Origin: Octopus vulgaris
Taxonomy: Eukaryota
Direction of reading: 5' to 3'
Length of the DNA stretch: 64,000 nt
Assembly: GCA_951406725.2 (NCBI GenBank)
Contig: OX597832.1
Location: forward strand, 41,540,001 to 41,604,000
A model generated the notes under the pieces. It was not told where the DNA came from, made no database searches, and saw nothing but the letters and a program-made list of their open reading frames with translations. This document shows, in pieces, positions 37,730 through 50,055 of this stretch (the first letter of the stretch is position 1; each line of letters starts with the position of its first letter). The position numbers were made by a program, and so were the translations under genes.

Positions 37730-38514
37730 CGGACTTACGAAGCACCAACAAGTTGGAATTTTTCTGTTTTGACGGGGATTTTTGAGATCTTTTTTTTTTT
37801 TTTTCACGGTGCCCTTGGAAATGCTCTGGGCTATCTTTTTAGCAAAAAGAAAAAAAATCTGCGATGATTTTTTTTTTTTAAATCCATATTTTCCCCTCTC
37901 CAGATAGATTTTGGTCATTTTTGTGGGCACTAAGCACTTAAAAACTATTGAAGACTTTTCGGTAAGAAAAAAAAAAAAAAAAAATTCAAACGAAGACGTG
38001 TATGGTTTAAGAGAGATCTGGCTGTTGTTTCTAGCATATGCTATGATCGGTAAGGTTTAGGGTTGATAAAAATCATAAATTTTCAAACGAAATTTTTTAA
38101 TAGGCTCAATGAGTTTATGCTATTAATGGGGAGAAAATATTGAAAAATATCAATACCTGTCATAGTGAGAAAGAAACGAGGAAGGTGGTCATGGGATATG
38201 CTAGAAACAACAGCCAAATTTCCCTTTAATCACATACCTTTCCGTCTGAAAATATTTACTTTTATTTTCTTTTACAGAAAAGTGTTTCTCTTATAGTATG
38301 CTTAGTACCCACCCCCGCCAATCATCGTACGTAGTGCTCATAAAGTGGACCAAAATCGGTCGGTGCAGGGGAAGGGGTCATTTTTTCGTAAATTTTTGTT
38401 TGTTTGCTAAAAAGATAATCCAGGGCATTTCCAAGGGCACCGTGAATAAAAAAAAATCGGAAAAAATCACTGTCAAAACGGAGAAATTCCAACTTGGAGC
38501 TTCCTAAGTCTGAA
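37730..38514. repeat. Long inverted repeat (~200-bp arms) with a nested inner inverted pair
   Basis: 37730-37935 is reverse-complementary to 38330-38514 (CACGGTGCCCTTGGAAATGC / GCATTTCCAAGGGCACCGTG); inner GGCTGTTGTTTCTAGCATAT / ATATGCTAGAAACAACAGCC. Confidence 0.8.
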
Positions 38515-39084
38515 GTCTGCCAAGGGTAGTTTTTAAACTGATTTAAAAGAGAAATATTCTTACGTTTCCGAAACTTTCTTCCTGACCCCAAACCACCCCT
38601 ATTTCCTATTATCTTCCCCTGCCTACTGTCTCAACCAATCACCTTTTTGTGCTCCCGCCCCCCACCCCCGTCCCCATACTGTTCTCCATCATTAATACAT
38701 GGTTCACCTGCTATCGCCCTCAATGCCCTCACAAATCTTCCCCCGTCCCTTCCCCACCCCCGATCCTCCCCTATATTTCTCTTCATCATTTGCAACACTC
38801 ACCTCAATCCTGCCCACTTCACCTATTCTCACTACCCCCGCAGTGTCCCTTGAGGGCATGTCCTGACACATCTTCACCTCCATCTCTCTCACTATCACTC
38901 TCTTTATCTTACTCTCTAACTCACTCTTGTTTCTTTTCCAGTTGGGGTATCCATATATCTACTCTACAACAAAACACCTATTTCTCTCCCTCTATACCTT
39001 TTATCTCTCAATTAGCACAAAGCTGCACATTCTCAATACTACTCCTTCCACCCAGTTGAGGGTTTTTTGTCTTGCAAGGCAGCA

Positions 39085-39495
39085 AGCTGGCAGAAACGTT
39101 AGCACGTCGGGCGAAATGCTTAACAGTATTTCATCTGCCGCTATGTTCTGAGTTCAAATTCCGCCAAGGTCGACTTTGCCTTTCATCCTTTCGGGGTTGA
39201 TAAATTAAGTACCAGTTATGCACTGGGGTTGAGGTAATCGACTTAATCCATGTGTCTGTCCTTGTTTGTCCCCTCTGTGTTTAGCCCCTTGTGGGTAGTA
39301 AAGAAATAGGTATTTCGTCTGCCGCTACGTTCTGAGTTCAAATTCCGCCGAAGTCGACTTTGCCTTTCATCCTTTTGGGGTCGATAAATTAAGTACCAGT
39401 TACGCACTGGGGTCGAGGTAATCGACTTAATCCGTGTGTCTGTCCTTGTTTGTCCCCTCTGTGTTTAGCCACTTGTGGGTAGTAAAGAAATAGGT
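39085..39495 (+). mobile_element. SINE family B tandem dimer
   Basis: Full copy followed directly by a second copy starting at internal GGTATTTCG. Confidence 0.88.
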
Positions 39496-39499
39496 ACTT

Positions 39500-39700
39500 G
39501 GTGACCATGCCAATGTTGGTGCCATGTAAAAAGCACTGGTGCACTTTGTTAGATGGTTGGCATCTGGAAGGGCATCCAGCTGCAGGGACCATATCAAAAC
39601 AGACAATGGAGCCCAGTGCAGCTCCCAGCCTTGCCAGCTTCTGTCAAACCATTCAACCCATGTCAGCATGGATAACAGATGTTGAATGATGATGATAATG
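39500..39700 (+). mobile_element. SINE family C, diverged
   Basis: GGAAGGGCATCCAGCTG core and (GAT)n tail. Confidence 0.72.
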
Positions 39701-40340
39701 ATAACTGCATAAGGAAAATTGACTTGAAATATTCATCTCTTATGTGAGGGACAACATGCAAAGTGTAATACAAAATCCAGAATCTAGGACTTGTAAACCG
39801 TGCAAATCCATTTGGTTTTAAAACTGTGACACGCACAGACACTATCTTTTCCATCACACCTCCTCTGGTTACATGTAAATTACATGGTTGGTGAGTAACT
39901 TCACACCTTTACAGAAATGACTTTCATTTCTCACTGACACTGATAAAGATATTTAACATAGAAAACAAGATCATACATTTAAGGAGGTGGGAAAACTACT
40001 TGACTGGTACAGATTCGTGGTGGTAGATTGGCAGTATCATTGATAATTCTTTTCTTCGTGTTTTCGCAAGTGGATCTCAAAGCACAGATAAAGCTATTAT
40101 AGCCTATAATATTGGGTAAAAAAAAAACCTTTTGGGTAGGAAAAATTTAAGGCTGCCCATGGGATGCAAGCCCACTTCTCCTGTAGACACAGCCTTCAAC
40201 TTTTTCTTTCAAAAAGGGATTTTCAACACAATGCCTACATTATTCCTCATCATTATTTAATGTCCATATTCCATGCTGACATGGGTTAGATGGTTTGACA
40301 GGAGCTGGCAAGCCAGGGGACTGCACCATATATGTTGATG

Positions 40341-40518
40341 AATGCATTCAGGACTACATCAGCTAATTTGTCCTTCCCTTTTTAATACAATAAAGAGTGA
40401 GTTGATGAAGATTTGGTTGCTATTTTTCATAGGTTGAGCAATTCAAAATCCTAGGGCCTAGAAGGTAGCATAGCTTTTCAAAGGTTCTGTTGACCTTTTG
40501 AACTTTGAATGTTGGACT
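40341..40518 (+). repeat. Local direct duplication, copy 1 (copy 2 at 42941-43118)
   Basis: ~178 bp near-identical sequence 2.6 kb apart. Confidence 0.88.
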
Positions 40519-41154
40519 GTCAGTTTGGGCTATTACTTATAGCATTATGTATACTTCAAGCTCCACTGTTCCAAAAAAAAAAAAAATCATTTGACATCAT
40601 TCTCTCAAAAGTTTATAAATTCTTATGATGTCAACAATGGTATCGTTAGTGTCAGAGAAAATGCTGAGCAGTACATAGTTACAGCCCTTTATCTTCAGGT
40701 TTTGAGTTCAAATCCGGCTGAGGTCTATTCTAACACTGATTGTGAAGAGGCTCCTTCACTGGCTTATACTTGGCTGCTACAGTAAAGGATAGAGAGAGAG
40801 AGAGTATGTGTGTGAAAGAAAGACAGAGAGAGAGAGAGTAGGAAAGGAAAAGAGATTGAGTATGAGAGAGAGAGAAAGAGAGAGAGACCATGTGGATATG
40901 CGTTGGCAAGTTAAAATTTATTCTTTGTGTATCATATGAATAATGTATACATAAAAATACATCTGTGCAAAAAATAAACAGAAGAATGATCAATTGAACA
41001 TCGATAACGTAGCCAATACAGGATCAATTTATATCAATGAACACTGACACGATTGAGCTTTGAAAACCAGTATTTTTGCTACTATTGCTGTTTTGGTCCA
41101 GCAAACCTTTGATCAAAAGCATTCCAGGTGGACGATCAATTTCTAATTTTCTCA

Positions 41155-41540
41155 AACCTGAAAGGATGAAAGGCAAAGTCAACCTTGGTGGAATTTGAAC
41201 TCAGAACGTAAAGATAAGACGAAATGCCGCTAAGCATTTTGCCCAGCATGCTAATGGTTCTGCCAGCTCGCCACCTCAATACATTAGACAACAATGTTAT
41301 AAAGAAATAAAGGCGGTGAGCTGGCAGAAACTTTAGTACGTCGGGCGAAAGGCTTAGCGGTATTTCGTCTGCCGTTACGTTCTGAGTTCAAATTCCACCG
41401 AGGTCGACTTTGCCTTTTATCCTTTCGGGGTTGATAAATTAAGTACCAGTTACGCACTGGGGTCGATGTAATCGACTTAATACCTATGTCTGTCCTTGTT
41501 TGTCCTCTCTGTGTTTAGCTCCTTTTGGGTAGTAAAGAAA
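41155..41540. mobile_element. Head-to-head pair of family B SINEs
   Basis: Minus copy 41155-41275 and plus copy 41312-41540 separated by ~35 nt. Confidence 0.85.
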
Positions 41541-41599
41541 CAGTTATAAAGAAATATAGGCAGGGTTGTTCAAATTAATAAAAGTATAGTGACTGGGGT

Positions 41600-42110
41600 T
41601 ATATATTTCTGGAAACCCTGAGTCCAAGGTTTAAAGGTCAAGATGACAAAGACCAAAGTGCTAGTCTAAAAACTGAGCAGGAAATCACATTGCCATCTGG
41701 GAAGGGAGCAGTTAAGAACTTGATACTGTGTACTCAAGGCTCACAAACATTACACAAAAGATGCAGTGGGGTCTCTAACAGACTGACAAAGAATTAGAAC
41801 GTCATGTGTGGTGTTAAATGCATAAGAGTAGTTAACAGTAGGGACACCCATAAAATAAAATCCATGAGCTACTCTGTCTACCAAATGTAGTAAATAGCTT
41901 CTGCTGTTTAAATGATTTAATTAATGGTGGAGGGGAGTGCAATGAAAGTATAGTAGCTAGGATAGGGAAGGGGTGGAAGGTGTTGAAAGATGTTGCCTGC
42001 GGTAGCAACAAAGGGCTTCTTTGTAAGTGCAAAAGCAGACTAAATGAAACATGTGTAATAGGTATAACACCTCAGAGTAGTGAGGTATGAATGCTAAATG
42101 TGGAAGATCT
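41600..42110 (+). mobile_element. Highly decayed RTE LINE remnant
   Basis: Patchy similarity to 46925-47665 (KTKVLV, HKRCSG, NVEDL). Confidence 0.45.
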
Positions 42111-42254
42111 GTGACACAACATGGTATTAACATATTGGTACTGCATGTGGAAGACTTGTGGTACTAGCATGAAAAAGCAGATATAAAAAAAACCAAACAA
42201 ATCAATGATTACTATCATGAATTCCTCTTCTGATTTTTAATTTTTAATCCATAT

Positions 42255-42652
42255 AGGCACAGGAGTGGCTGTGTGGTAAGTAGCTTGCTTACCAACCACA
42301 CAGTTCCAGGTTCAGTCCCACTGCATGGCACCTTGGTCAAGTGTCTTCTACTATAGCCTTGTGAGTGGATTTGGTAGACGGAAACTGAAAGAAGGCCGTC
42401 GTATATATGTATATGTATATATATGTGCGTGTGTGTGTGTGTTTGTGTGTCTGTGTTTGTCTCCCCAACATCGCTTGACAACCGATGCTGGTGTGTTTAC
42501 GTCCCCGTTACTTAGCGGTTCAGCAAAAGAGACCGATAGGATATGTACTAGGCTTACAAAGAATAAGTCCTGGGGTCGATTTGCTCGACTAAAAGGCGGT
42601 GCTCCAGCATGGCCGCAGTCAAATGACTGAAACAAGTAAAAGAGTAAAGAGT
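42255..42652 (+). mobile_element. SINE family A
   Basis: Near full-length match. Confidence 0.9.
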
Positions 42653-43224
42653 AATAGCAACAAAGCAAACTTTATATCCATGCAGCCATGAAATAAATAT
42701 TTTGTAAATATAATAAGGATATTTCTTCAAGCAAAGTTTTACAAAATGCTCAAAGGAAAAGTATATATTCAATTTCATATAACAATAATATACAGAATGA
42801 AGAAAATAAAATGGCACTTGAATAAAGAAACAAGGCATTTGAAATTTGTGATATTGTTGTTAGTGTTGTTATTGTTCAGTCCCAGATCAACCCTGATTAA
42901 AAGCATTCAAGCTGTAATCCTTACATCTTTTTAAAGGCGTAATACATTCAGGACTACATCATCTAATTTGTCCTTCCTTTTTTAATACAATAAAGAGTGA
43001 TTTGATGAAGATTTGGTTGCTATTTTTCATAGGTTGAGCAATTCAAAATCCTAGGGCCTAGAAGACAACATAACTTTTCAAAGGTTCTGTTGACCTTTTG
43101 AACTTTGAATGCTGGACTTTCAAAAATATCACCATTACTTGTTCTCTCTGTCACCATTGTTGTTGAATATTGAGCTAAACTTCTTTGTCATATTTATTGT
43201 CCAATGTTTTTTTTTTTTTATAAT

Positions 43225-43345
43225 GTGTAGATGGATGAAGTGAGGAAAGTTTTGGTGGTTAAAGGTGTTGGAGTGAGAGAGGCAAGAGGGTTTATAAATG
43301 ATAGGAAAGCTTGGAGAGTGTTTGTGGATGGATGAATGAATTTGA
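43225..43345 (+). mobile_element. RTE LINE 3' end remnant
   Basis: WMDEVRKVLVVKGVGVREARGFINDRKAWRVFVDG*-like terminus (DR..WR motif) followed by (TGAA)n. Confidence 0.55.
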
Positions 43346-43499
43346 TGTTGCTCAAAGAGGTATGGAACCAGCATATGCTGTCGAGCCCCACTACTGATAT
43401 TGGGGGTTGCGTTCTATGCCTGGTGTGTCTTGTTGTAGCTACCCACTCTGAAAAAAATGGGTAATAGGCCTGGGTATATATATATATACATATATATAT

Positions 43500-43695
43500 A
43501 TGGGGAGAATTCACAAAGAGACAAAAGACGAAGACAGGTGGTGTAGACAACAAACAGATATTTTAGTATAACGCTCAGGAAGTGACAAAATCTTTAATGT
43601 TTCGAGCCTATGCTCTTCCACAGAAAGGAATACAGAAAGAAACAAGGAGAGACAATAAAGAATGTGTAGTGGCTAGCGATCCATCATGGCGAATA
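43500..43695 (-). mobile_element. Penelope/retrozyme-like element, second subfamily (variant hammerhead)
   Basis: In (TA)n; minus strand CTTT-CTGTGGA-A-GAGC-ATAG-GCTC-GAAAC-ATT-AAAG; related to 49175-49345. Confidence 0.55.
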
Positions 43696-43707
43696 TATAT
43701 ATATATA

Positions 43708-43845
43708 TTTCTTTACTGCCCACAAGGGGCTAAACATAGAGGGGACAAACAAGGACAAAGAGATTAAGTCGGTTACATCGACCCCAGTGCGAAACTGGTA
43801 CTTTATTTATCGACCCTGAAAGGATGAAAGGCAAAGTCGACCTCT
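43708..43845 (-). mobile_element. SINE family B, 3' part
   Basis: Reverse complement of core and tail. Confidence 0.85.
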
Positions 43846-44280
43846 ATTATCCAACCTGTCCTTCTACTTTTTAAGATGATAAAATGTTATTTGAGGGAGA
43901 CTTGGCTGCTGTTGCTAGCAAGTAGAGCAACTACTTATAAATAGGCTTCCTCTTTGGTTCCGGCTTCTTTACAGTTGATTGAATGATTTAGCAACAGGAT
44001 GACCATCCAGCTTATAAAAACAATTGTTCTTGCAATTACATACAGCCAGCCTCATTAACGGGACCTGTTGCACCCATACCAACATGGGGAAATAAATGGG
44101 TGTAAAACAACAAAGATAAATGTCATTGAAGAAAAGAAAACACAAACCAATTATATCCCATCACTTAACCATTTCTATACTGTACTGTTTCAACTGGAGT
44201 ATAATGTTTTCTTTTGTTTAATGGTTGATAACGATTCCTTTAATTGCCTTTGTGGCAATAATACTCACACACATACATGC

Positions 44281-44317
<37 letters not shown>

Positions 44318-44492
44318 AAAAGCTTTGGATGTAACAATGTCATTAAGAAGTTTGCTTTGTAAATATGTAGTTTTGGGGGTCTGACCTCACTGTCTGTATC
44401 TTGGGCAAGGGTCATCTGTTGTTGCTAGTGGCCGATCTAGAGAAACCTTATGAATGGAATTTGGAGAATAGAAACTGTATGGAAACCTGTCA

Positions 44493-44524
<32 letters not shown>

Positions 44525-45203
44525 TGAGTGAATATATATATTCTTTGTTTAACATCTATTTTTCCATAGCTTAGATGGGGGAAAATGAAAAGCACAATGG
44601 CCAGACAGGATTTCACAGAAGATTCCTAACAAACAATACCATTTGTATGAGGGTGACATTCATTTAGAACCGACCTTCAATTTCAAGACATGGTAACAAG
44701 AATATAAATATACATACATACATGTATGCTAGTGTGCATGCGCACACACACACACACACACACAAGATGAGCTTTCAGTTTCCACCAACCAAATCCATCC
44801 ATATATACATGCATCCATTTCCAAGTAAGTTTCATCCATCCATATATATATATATATATATGTGAAAACACACCAACCAGAAAATTTAACAAGAACACGG
44901 AAAATGTGACAAAACCAAATATACATGTATATGGATGGATTGATGAATTTTACAGTTCTTGAACAGAATTAAAGAAGACTAGCATCCTACATATCCATAT
45001 ATAACATTATGTAGAATGTTTATATGATTGATTCTAGTTTCAGCTCATGAGCTGTGGCCATGCTGGGGTACCGCCATTTAATATGTTTATATTTAGTTAA
45101 AAACTTTACAATTGTAAATGTGTTTCAATATATGTCTATACCTTCAAGGTTATCAAGAGGATTATGTAATGTATCATGTGTGTTTGTGTGTTAAAAAAAT
45201 AAA

Positions 45204-45451
45204 TGTTCCTTCTCAAGCCATGCCAGGCTCATAAGAGCCGGTTGACCAGTTTCATTGGCGTAGAAATTCCCCACCTGGACGGGACGCCAGTCCATCGCAA
45301 GATTACTCACTTTTGCCAGTTGAGTGGACTGGAGCAACGTGAAATGAAGTGTTTTGCTCAAGAACACAACGCATCGCCTGGTCCAGGAATCGAAACCACA
45401 ACCTTACGATCATGAGTTCAACACCCTAACCACTAAGCCACGCGCCTCCAC
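45204..45451 (-). mobile_element. tRNA-derived SINE family D (V-domain-like)
   Basis: A-box TGGCTTAGTGG, B-box GGTTTCGATTCC, GCGATGGACTGGCGTCCCGTCCAGG motif; partial copy at 54705-54840 (+). Confidence 0.8.
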
Positions 45452-46114
45452 TTTGTTTGTGTGTGGATTGACATAAGCATGGCTTACATGTACATCAAAG
45501 TTTGATGGGAGAGCTCATCATATATACATGTGTGTATATATACACATACACACTCACATATATATATATACACTTAACTCTGTCTCAACCATTATCAAGT
45601 ACTATCATGACATTAACTTATCAATAATATCAATAACATAAAGCATTGTGTGTGTGTGTGTGTGTGTGATGCATGCAGCAAGCTTCCTCCTAGGACTGGA
45701 GGGTTGCCAGATAACTGAATTTCCCAGATATCTGATCATTACTTTTTAAATTACCACAGCACCTCACAGAACTCATTAAAATTCTATCAATACATCAGTA
45801 TTGTCGTTAATATACTGAATATTCTAGCAATGATAGAAATAGGAAAAAAAAAAAAAAATATATAATTTCAGTAAAGAACAAACTTTATTAACCTAATAAA
45901 ATAAGGATACTGTAAATGAAGTTAAGTAAAACACTCTATTTTGAGAAGCAACAATCCATTTTGGATGCATTAGAAACTTTCTTTCTGTTAATGACAATTA
46001 ATTGATTAACCCAAATTCTCTTAACTCTAAGTAACAAATATTTTCTTTAGTTTTTTTCCTGGGTGTTAGTTGCTTGAGAGTTTTAGTTATTTGAGTATCA
46101 GATAATAGGGAGTT

Positions 46115-46162
<48 letters not shown>

Positions 46163-46377
46163 ATAATAAAAGGAATTCCAACATTGTCTGATTTTCACGT
46201 TTTATTTACAATCTTATAATGATATATTATAAGATAATATATTATAATTGAATAAAATAAAATGAAATAGTAGAATGTTAAATGTTCATTCTGATTGAAC
46301 TAGTACTTTCATGCATTGAATTCTGCAATCTTCGGGTTCATGTAGTAGTGGTGACAGTCATGCTTCACAATTTTTGA

Positions 46378-46456
<79 letters not shown>

Positions 46457-46460
<4 letters not shown>

Positions 46461-46653
46461 ATCCAAACATAAAAGCACAACAACAAGAGGACGTGGAACA
46501 AGTATAGAGTTATTGGACGCTCAAGAAAGGAAAGAAAGAAGGGGGATTTAACATTTCGAGCAGAGCTCTTCGTCAGAAACATAGGAAAAGGAAAGATTCA
46601 AGGAAGGGAAGATGGAGGAAAAAAATCGCCATCGATACACACGTGGTCACATT

Positions 46654-46660
<7 letters not shown>
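46457..46660 (-). mobile_element. Penelope/retrozyme-like element with hammerhead motif, copy 2
   Basis: Between (TA)n tracts; minus 46579-46547 TTT-CTGACGA-A-GAGC-TCT-GCTC-GAAAT-GTT-AAA. Confidence 0.7.
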
Positions 46661-46703
<43 letters not shown>

Positions 46704-46832
46704 AGTTGCGTGAAACGATCGTACTGCATTACCTCTGGATATCCTTGTTGCTTATTTTGATTCTAATCACCTTATTTTAAATTGTATGGATAATACTGTA
46801 TTAAATTCTGGTGCCTCAACCGAAGTACCATA

Positions 46833-46869
<37 letters not shown>

Positions 46870-46876
46870 TGAACTC

Positions 46877-46911
<35 letters not shown>

Positions 46912-46924
46912 TACATACATGCAT

Positions 46925-47665
46925 ATGAGGTTCACCAGGGTTCAGTTTTCTGTACACTCTTATTCACCATAGCCCTCCAGGCCATAACAGAGGTTTTCAA
47001 AACTGGACGACCTCCCTCTTATTGCAGAATATGTAGAAGAATTGGAGAAGAAATACCAGGTATGGAAGCAAAACCTGGAATCAAAGGACCTTAATGTTAA
47101 CCTAGCAAAAACTAAAGCTGTTGTTAGCAAGAAAGTAGATGAGACTCTCTTTCAGTCAGGTAAGTGGTTCTGCTCAATATGCAGGAAAGGAGTTTGAAGT
47201 AATTCCATTCACCGCACCCTGTGTAAGCTATGGGCACATAATTGGTGCAGTGGAATCACAGGTAGCGTAAGAGATTAAGTTGTCTTCATATGTAGCAGAT
47301 GTGCAGGAACAATAAGCACCAAAGCACATGAGAATTAGACTCTCTGAAATGCACAGGAGACTCTCTTGAGGTTGTAGATAGTTTCTGTTACTTTGGTAAC
47401 CAAATTAGCAATGGGGGAGGATGTTATGAAAGTATTATTTCTAGAATAGGAATAGGATGGAGGAAGTTCAGAGAGCTACTACCCCAGTTGGTAACAAAGG
47501 GATTCTCTCACAGAGTAAAAGGTAGATTGTATGATGCTTGTGTATGAACGGATATTCTCCATGGCAGTGAGACATGGGCTCTGAATGCGGAGGACATGCG
47601 TAGATGGAAGACAAATGAAAACAGTATTCTCCATTGGATGTGCAACATCAGTGTGCATGTACAGC
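46925..47665 (+). mobile_element. Decayed RTE-clade LINE (RT C-terminal half with Cys-rich insert)
   Basis: VHQGSV..., ALQAITEVFKTG, VNLAKTK, CSICRKGV..NSI..TLCKLWAH..CSGITG, EVVDSFCYFG, LHGSETWAL. Confidence 0.88.
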
Positions 47666-47734
47666 AAAAAATGTATGTATGCATGCATACATACATACAT
47701 ACATGCATACATACATACATACATACATAAATGC

Positions 47735-48257
47735 ATGGTGGCTGCCCCCTCGTTATCGAGTATGGCCATTGCATGAAGCTTAATCAATGTTGTTATCGTG
47801 CAATGCCTGTGCAAGAAGATATTTTTTTAAGTGAGGAAAGGCTGTGCACTGATTCAATCCCACTCACTAAGCAACAGCAGCCATAATCCAAAAAGAAGAA
47901 CAAGTCAACATCAATGGTAACCACTGAGCCGCAGGTTTTATGTCGGAGTTATCCCAGTTACCTGAGTTGCCTTCTCCTAGAAGGATGCCCTGACAAAGGT
48001 CACTTTCGAGTGCTACTGGTAACATGTAACCCAGTACAACCTGTTGCATGGTCGGGTCATCGGCGACTAAACTGGCAACCCCACTAAGCTTGTTTGGTGA
48101 GGAGGGTGTTTATTGGACACCCTGCGGGATGAAAAACAAAACCCGTCAAAGGGCGAAGGAACGCTTGAGAGTCAACGGCCATCCAATAAATGTCTTAAGG
48201 CTGTATCATGCACGGGGACGTAGAAATAATCGGACTGAATACCCGATCACGCGGTTG
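47735..48257 (+). mobile_element. GC-rich interspersed repeat (possible LINE 5' UTR-derived element)
   Basis: Flanked by (CATA)n on both sides; diverged inverted copy at 54872-55035. Confidence 0.6.
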
Positions 48258-49002
48258 CATACATACATACATACATGTCTGTACATGCACACTCTTAGCT
48301 CTATCTGAATGATATCAAGTACTACCATAGCATTAACATATCAATATACACCATTGTATATATTGTAGTTGGATTTAATTTATTCAAGTAGAACAGCTTT
48401 CATCTTAATTCATTTACATTTAATCTCTGAAAGATATTCTGGCTATGCATATATTACATCCATTTTTAAGTATTACACATGTTCTGTTCTGTTTGTATTC
48501 TCTCAAGACAAAGGCATAGCACTGTATTACTTGAAATCAATTATAAGAGCTATCTCCTCTCATTCATGATTTTGTATGTAATATACAGATACCTGTTGTA
48601 ATATATGTACATATAGATTATGTGGTTTTGAGTATATTCAGGTATTTAACAATATGTGTTATATATAGGAATATCATGATCATCATCATCATCGTCATCA
48701 ACATTTAGATTTCATAATCTCCTTTCTGTGCCTGCATGGGTATGATGGGCTTTCACTAGCATGGAGTCTTGTCATTGTAAAGGTCCTAAGTCGTCAAACC
48801 ATGAAAATGGTTTAACAGGAAAGGCTCCTTCTCTGCACATCAGTAGCATAAGAAGAATGTGTTTAACTTCCTATCTCATCCACTGTGAGGTTTTGTATTA
48901 TCTAAATTCATTTCAGTTCTAATTTACACTATACCAAGTAAAAACAGGTAATATCCTTGTATATATACATACATACATACATTATATATATATATATATA
49001 TA

Positions 49003-49140
49003 TCATCATCGTCATTTAACGTCTGCTTTCCATGCTAGCATGGGTTGGACGAATGACTGAGGGCTGGCGAACCAGATGACTGCACCAGGCTCCAGTCTTG
49101 ATCTGGCAGAGTTTCTACAGCTGGATGCCCTTCCTAACGC
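49003..49140 (-). mobile_element. SINE family C, 3' part
   Basis: Homology to 1178-1340. Confidence 0.82.
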
Positions 49141-49692
49141 TATATATGCATGTGTGTGTGTGTGTGTATATATATAGTTCAAATTTACAGAAAACAAAAG
49201 ACGAAGACAGGAGAGGGAACAACAAGCAGAGGTATAAGTTTGACCCTCAGGAAGAATGGAAAAGTCCATGATGCTTCGAGCCTATGTTCTTAGACAGAAA
49301 GGGTTGAGAGGTAAAAACACGGGGAAAAAACGGAGACACATTTATATATACATATATGTTTGCAGACACATTACACACTCAACTACAATTACCACTGTAA
49401 TTGACACCATCATCATCATCACTCTCATCACGGGTGACAACAACAATAGCAACAACAACAACAACTGCTGCAGAATCAACAGCAGAACATGAGAAATACC
49501 AGTGTAGTAACATTGCTGACTTCCCATGGTGCCAGGACAGAAGAACTAAGCTGTTATGGAAGGAAGTGGTCAAAAGTATTTAAATGGAAATCCTGGAATG
49601 TCAAACTACAAGTTTCAGTGTTGCAGTACAGATAACTGACATTCACTTCAAGTAGGAACATACAGCTTTCTTTACCACTGAACTACGGTTTA

Positions 49693-50014
49693 TTCACCCT
49701 TTGCCATTCAGATTACTCTGTCAAATATTAAGCTTATTTATTCATATTTGTTCTGAATTAATCTTGCATTTTCTCATAACTTTGAGACTTCGATGATACT
49801 CTTACTCTTTTTACTCTTTTACTTGTTTCAGTCATTTGACTGCGGCCATGCTGGAGCACCGCCTTTAGTCGAGCAAATCGACCCCGGGACTTATTCTTTT
49901 GTAAGCCCAGTACTTATTCTATCGGTCTCTTTTGCCGAACCGCTAAGTGACGGGGACGTAAACACACCAGCATCGGTTGTCAAGCAATTCTAGGGGACAA
50001 ACACATACACACAA

Positions 50015-50055
<41 letters not shown>

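Noticed and set aside
46700-46760. GAAAC-GATC-GTA resembling a hammerhead 3' half (inverted copy near 61110-61170)
   Set aside because: No upstream CUGANGA box or stem II in either copy
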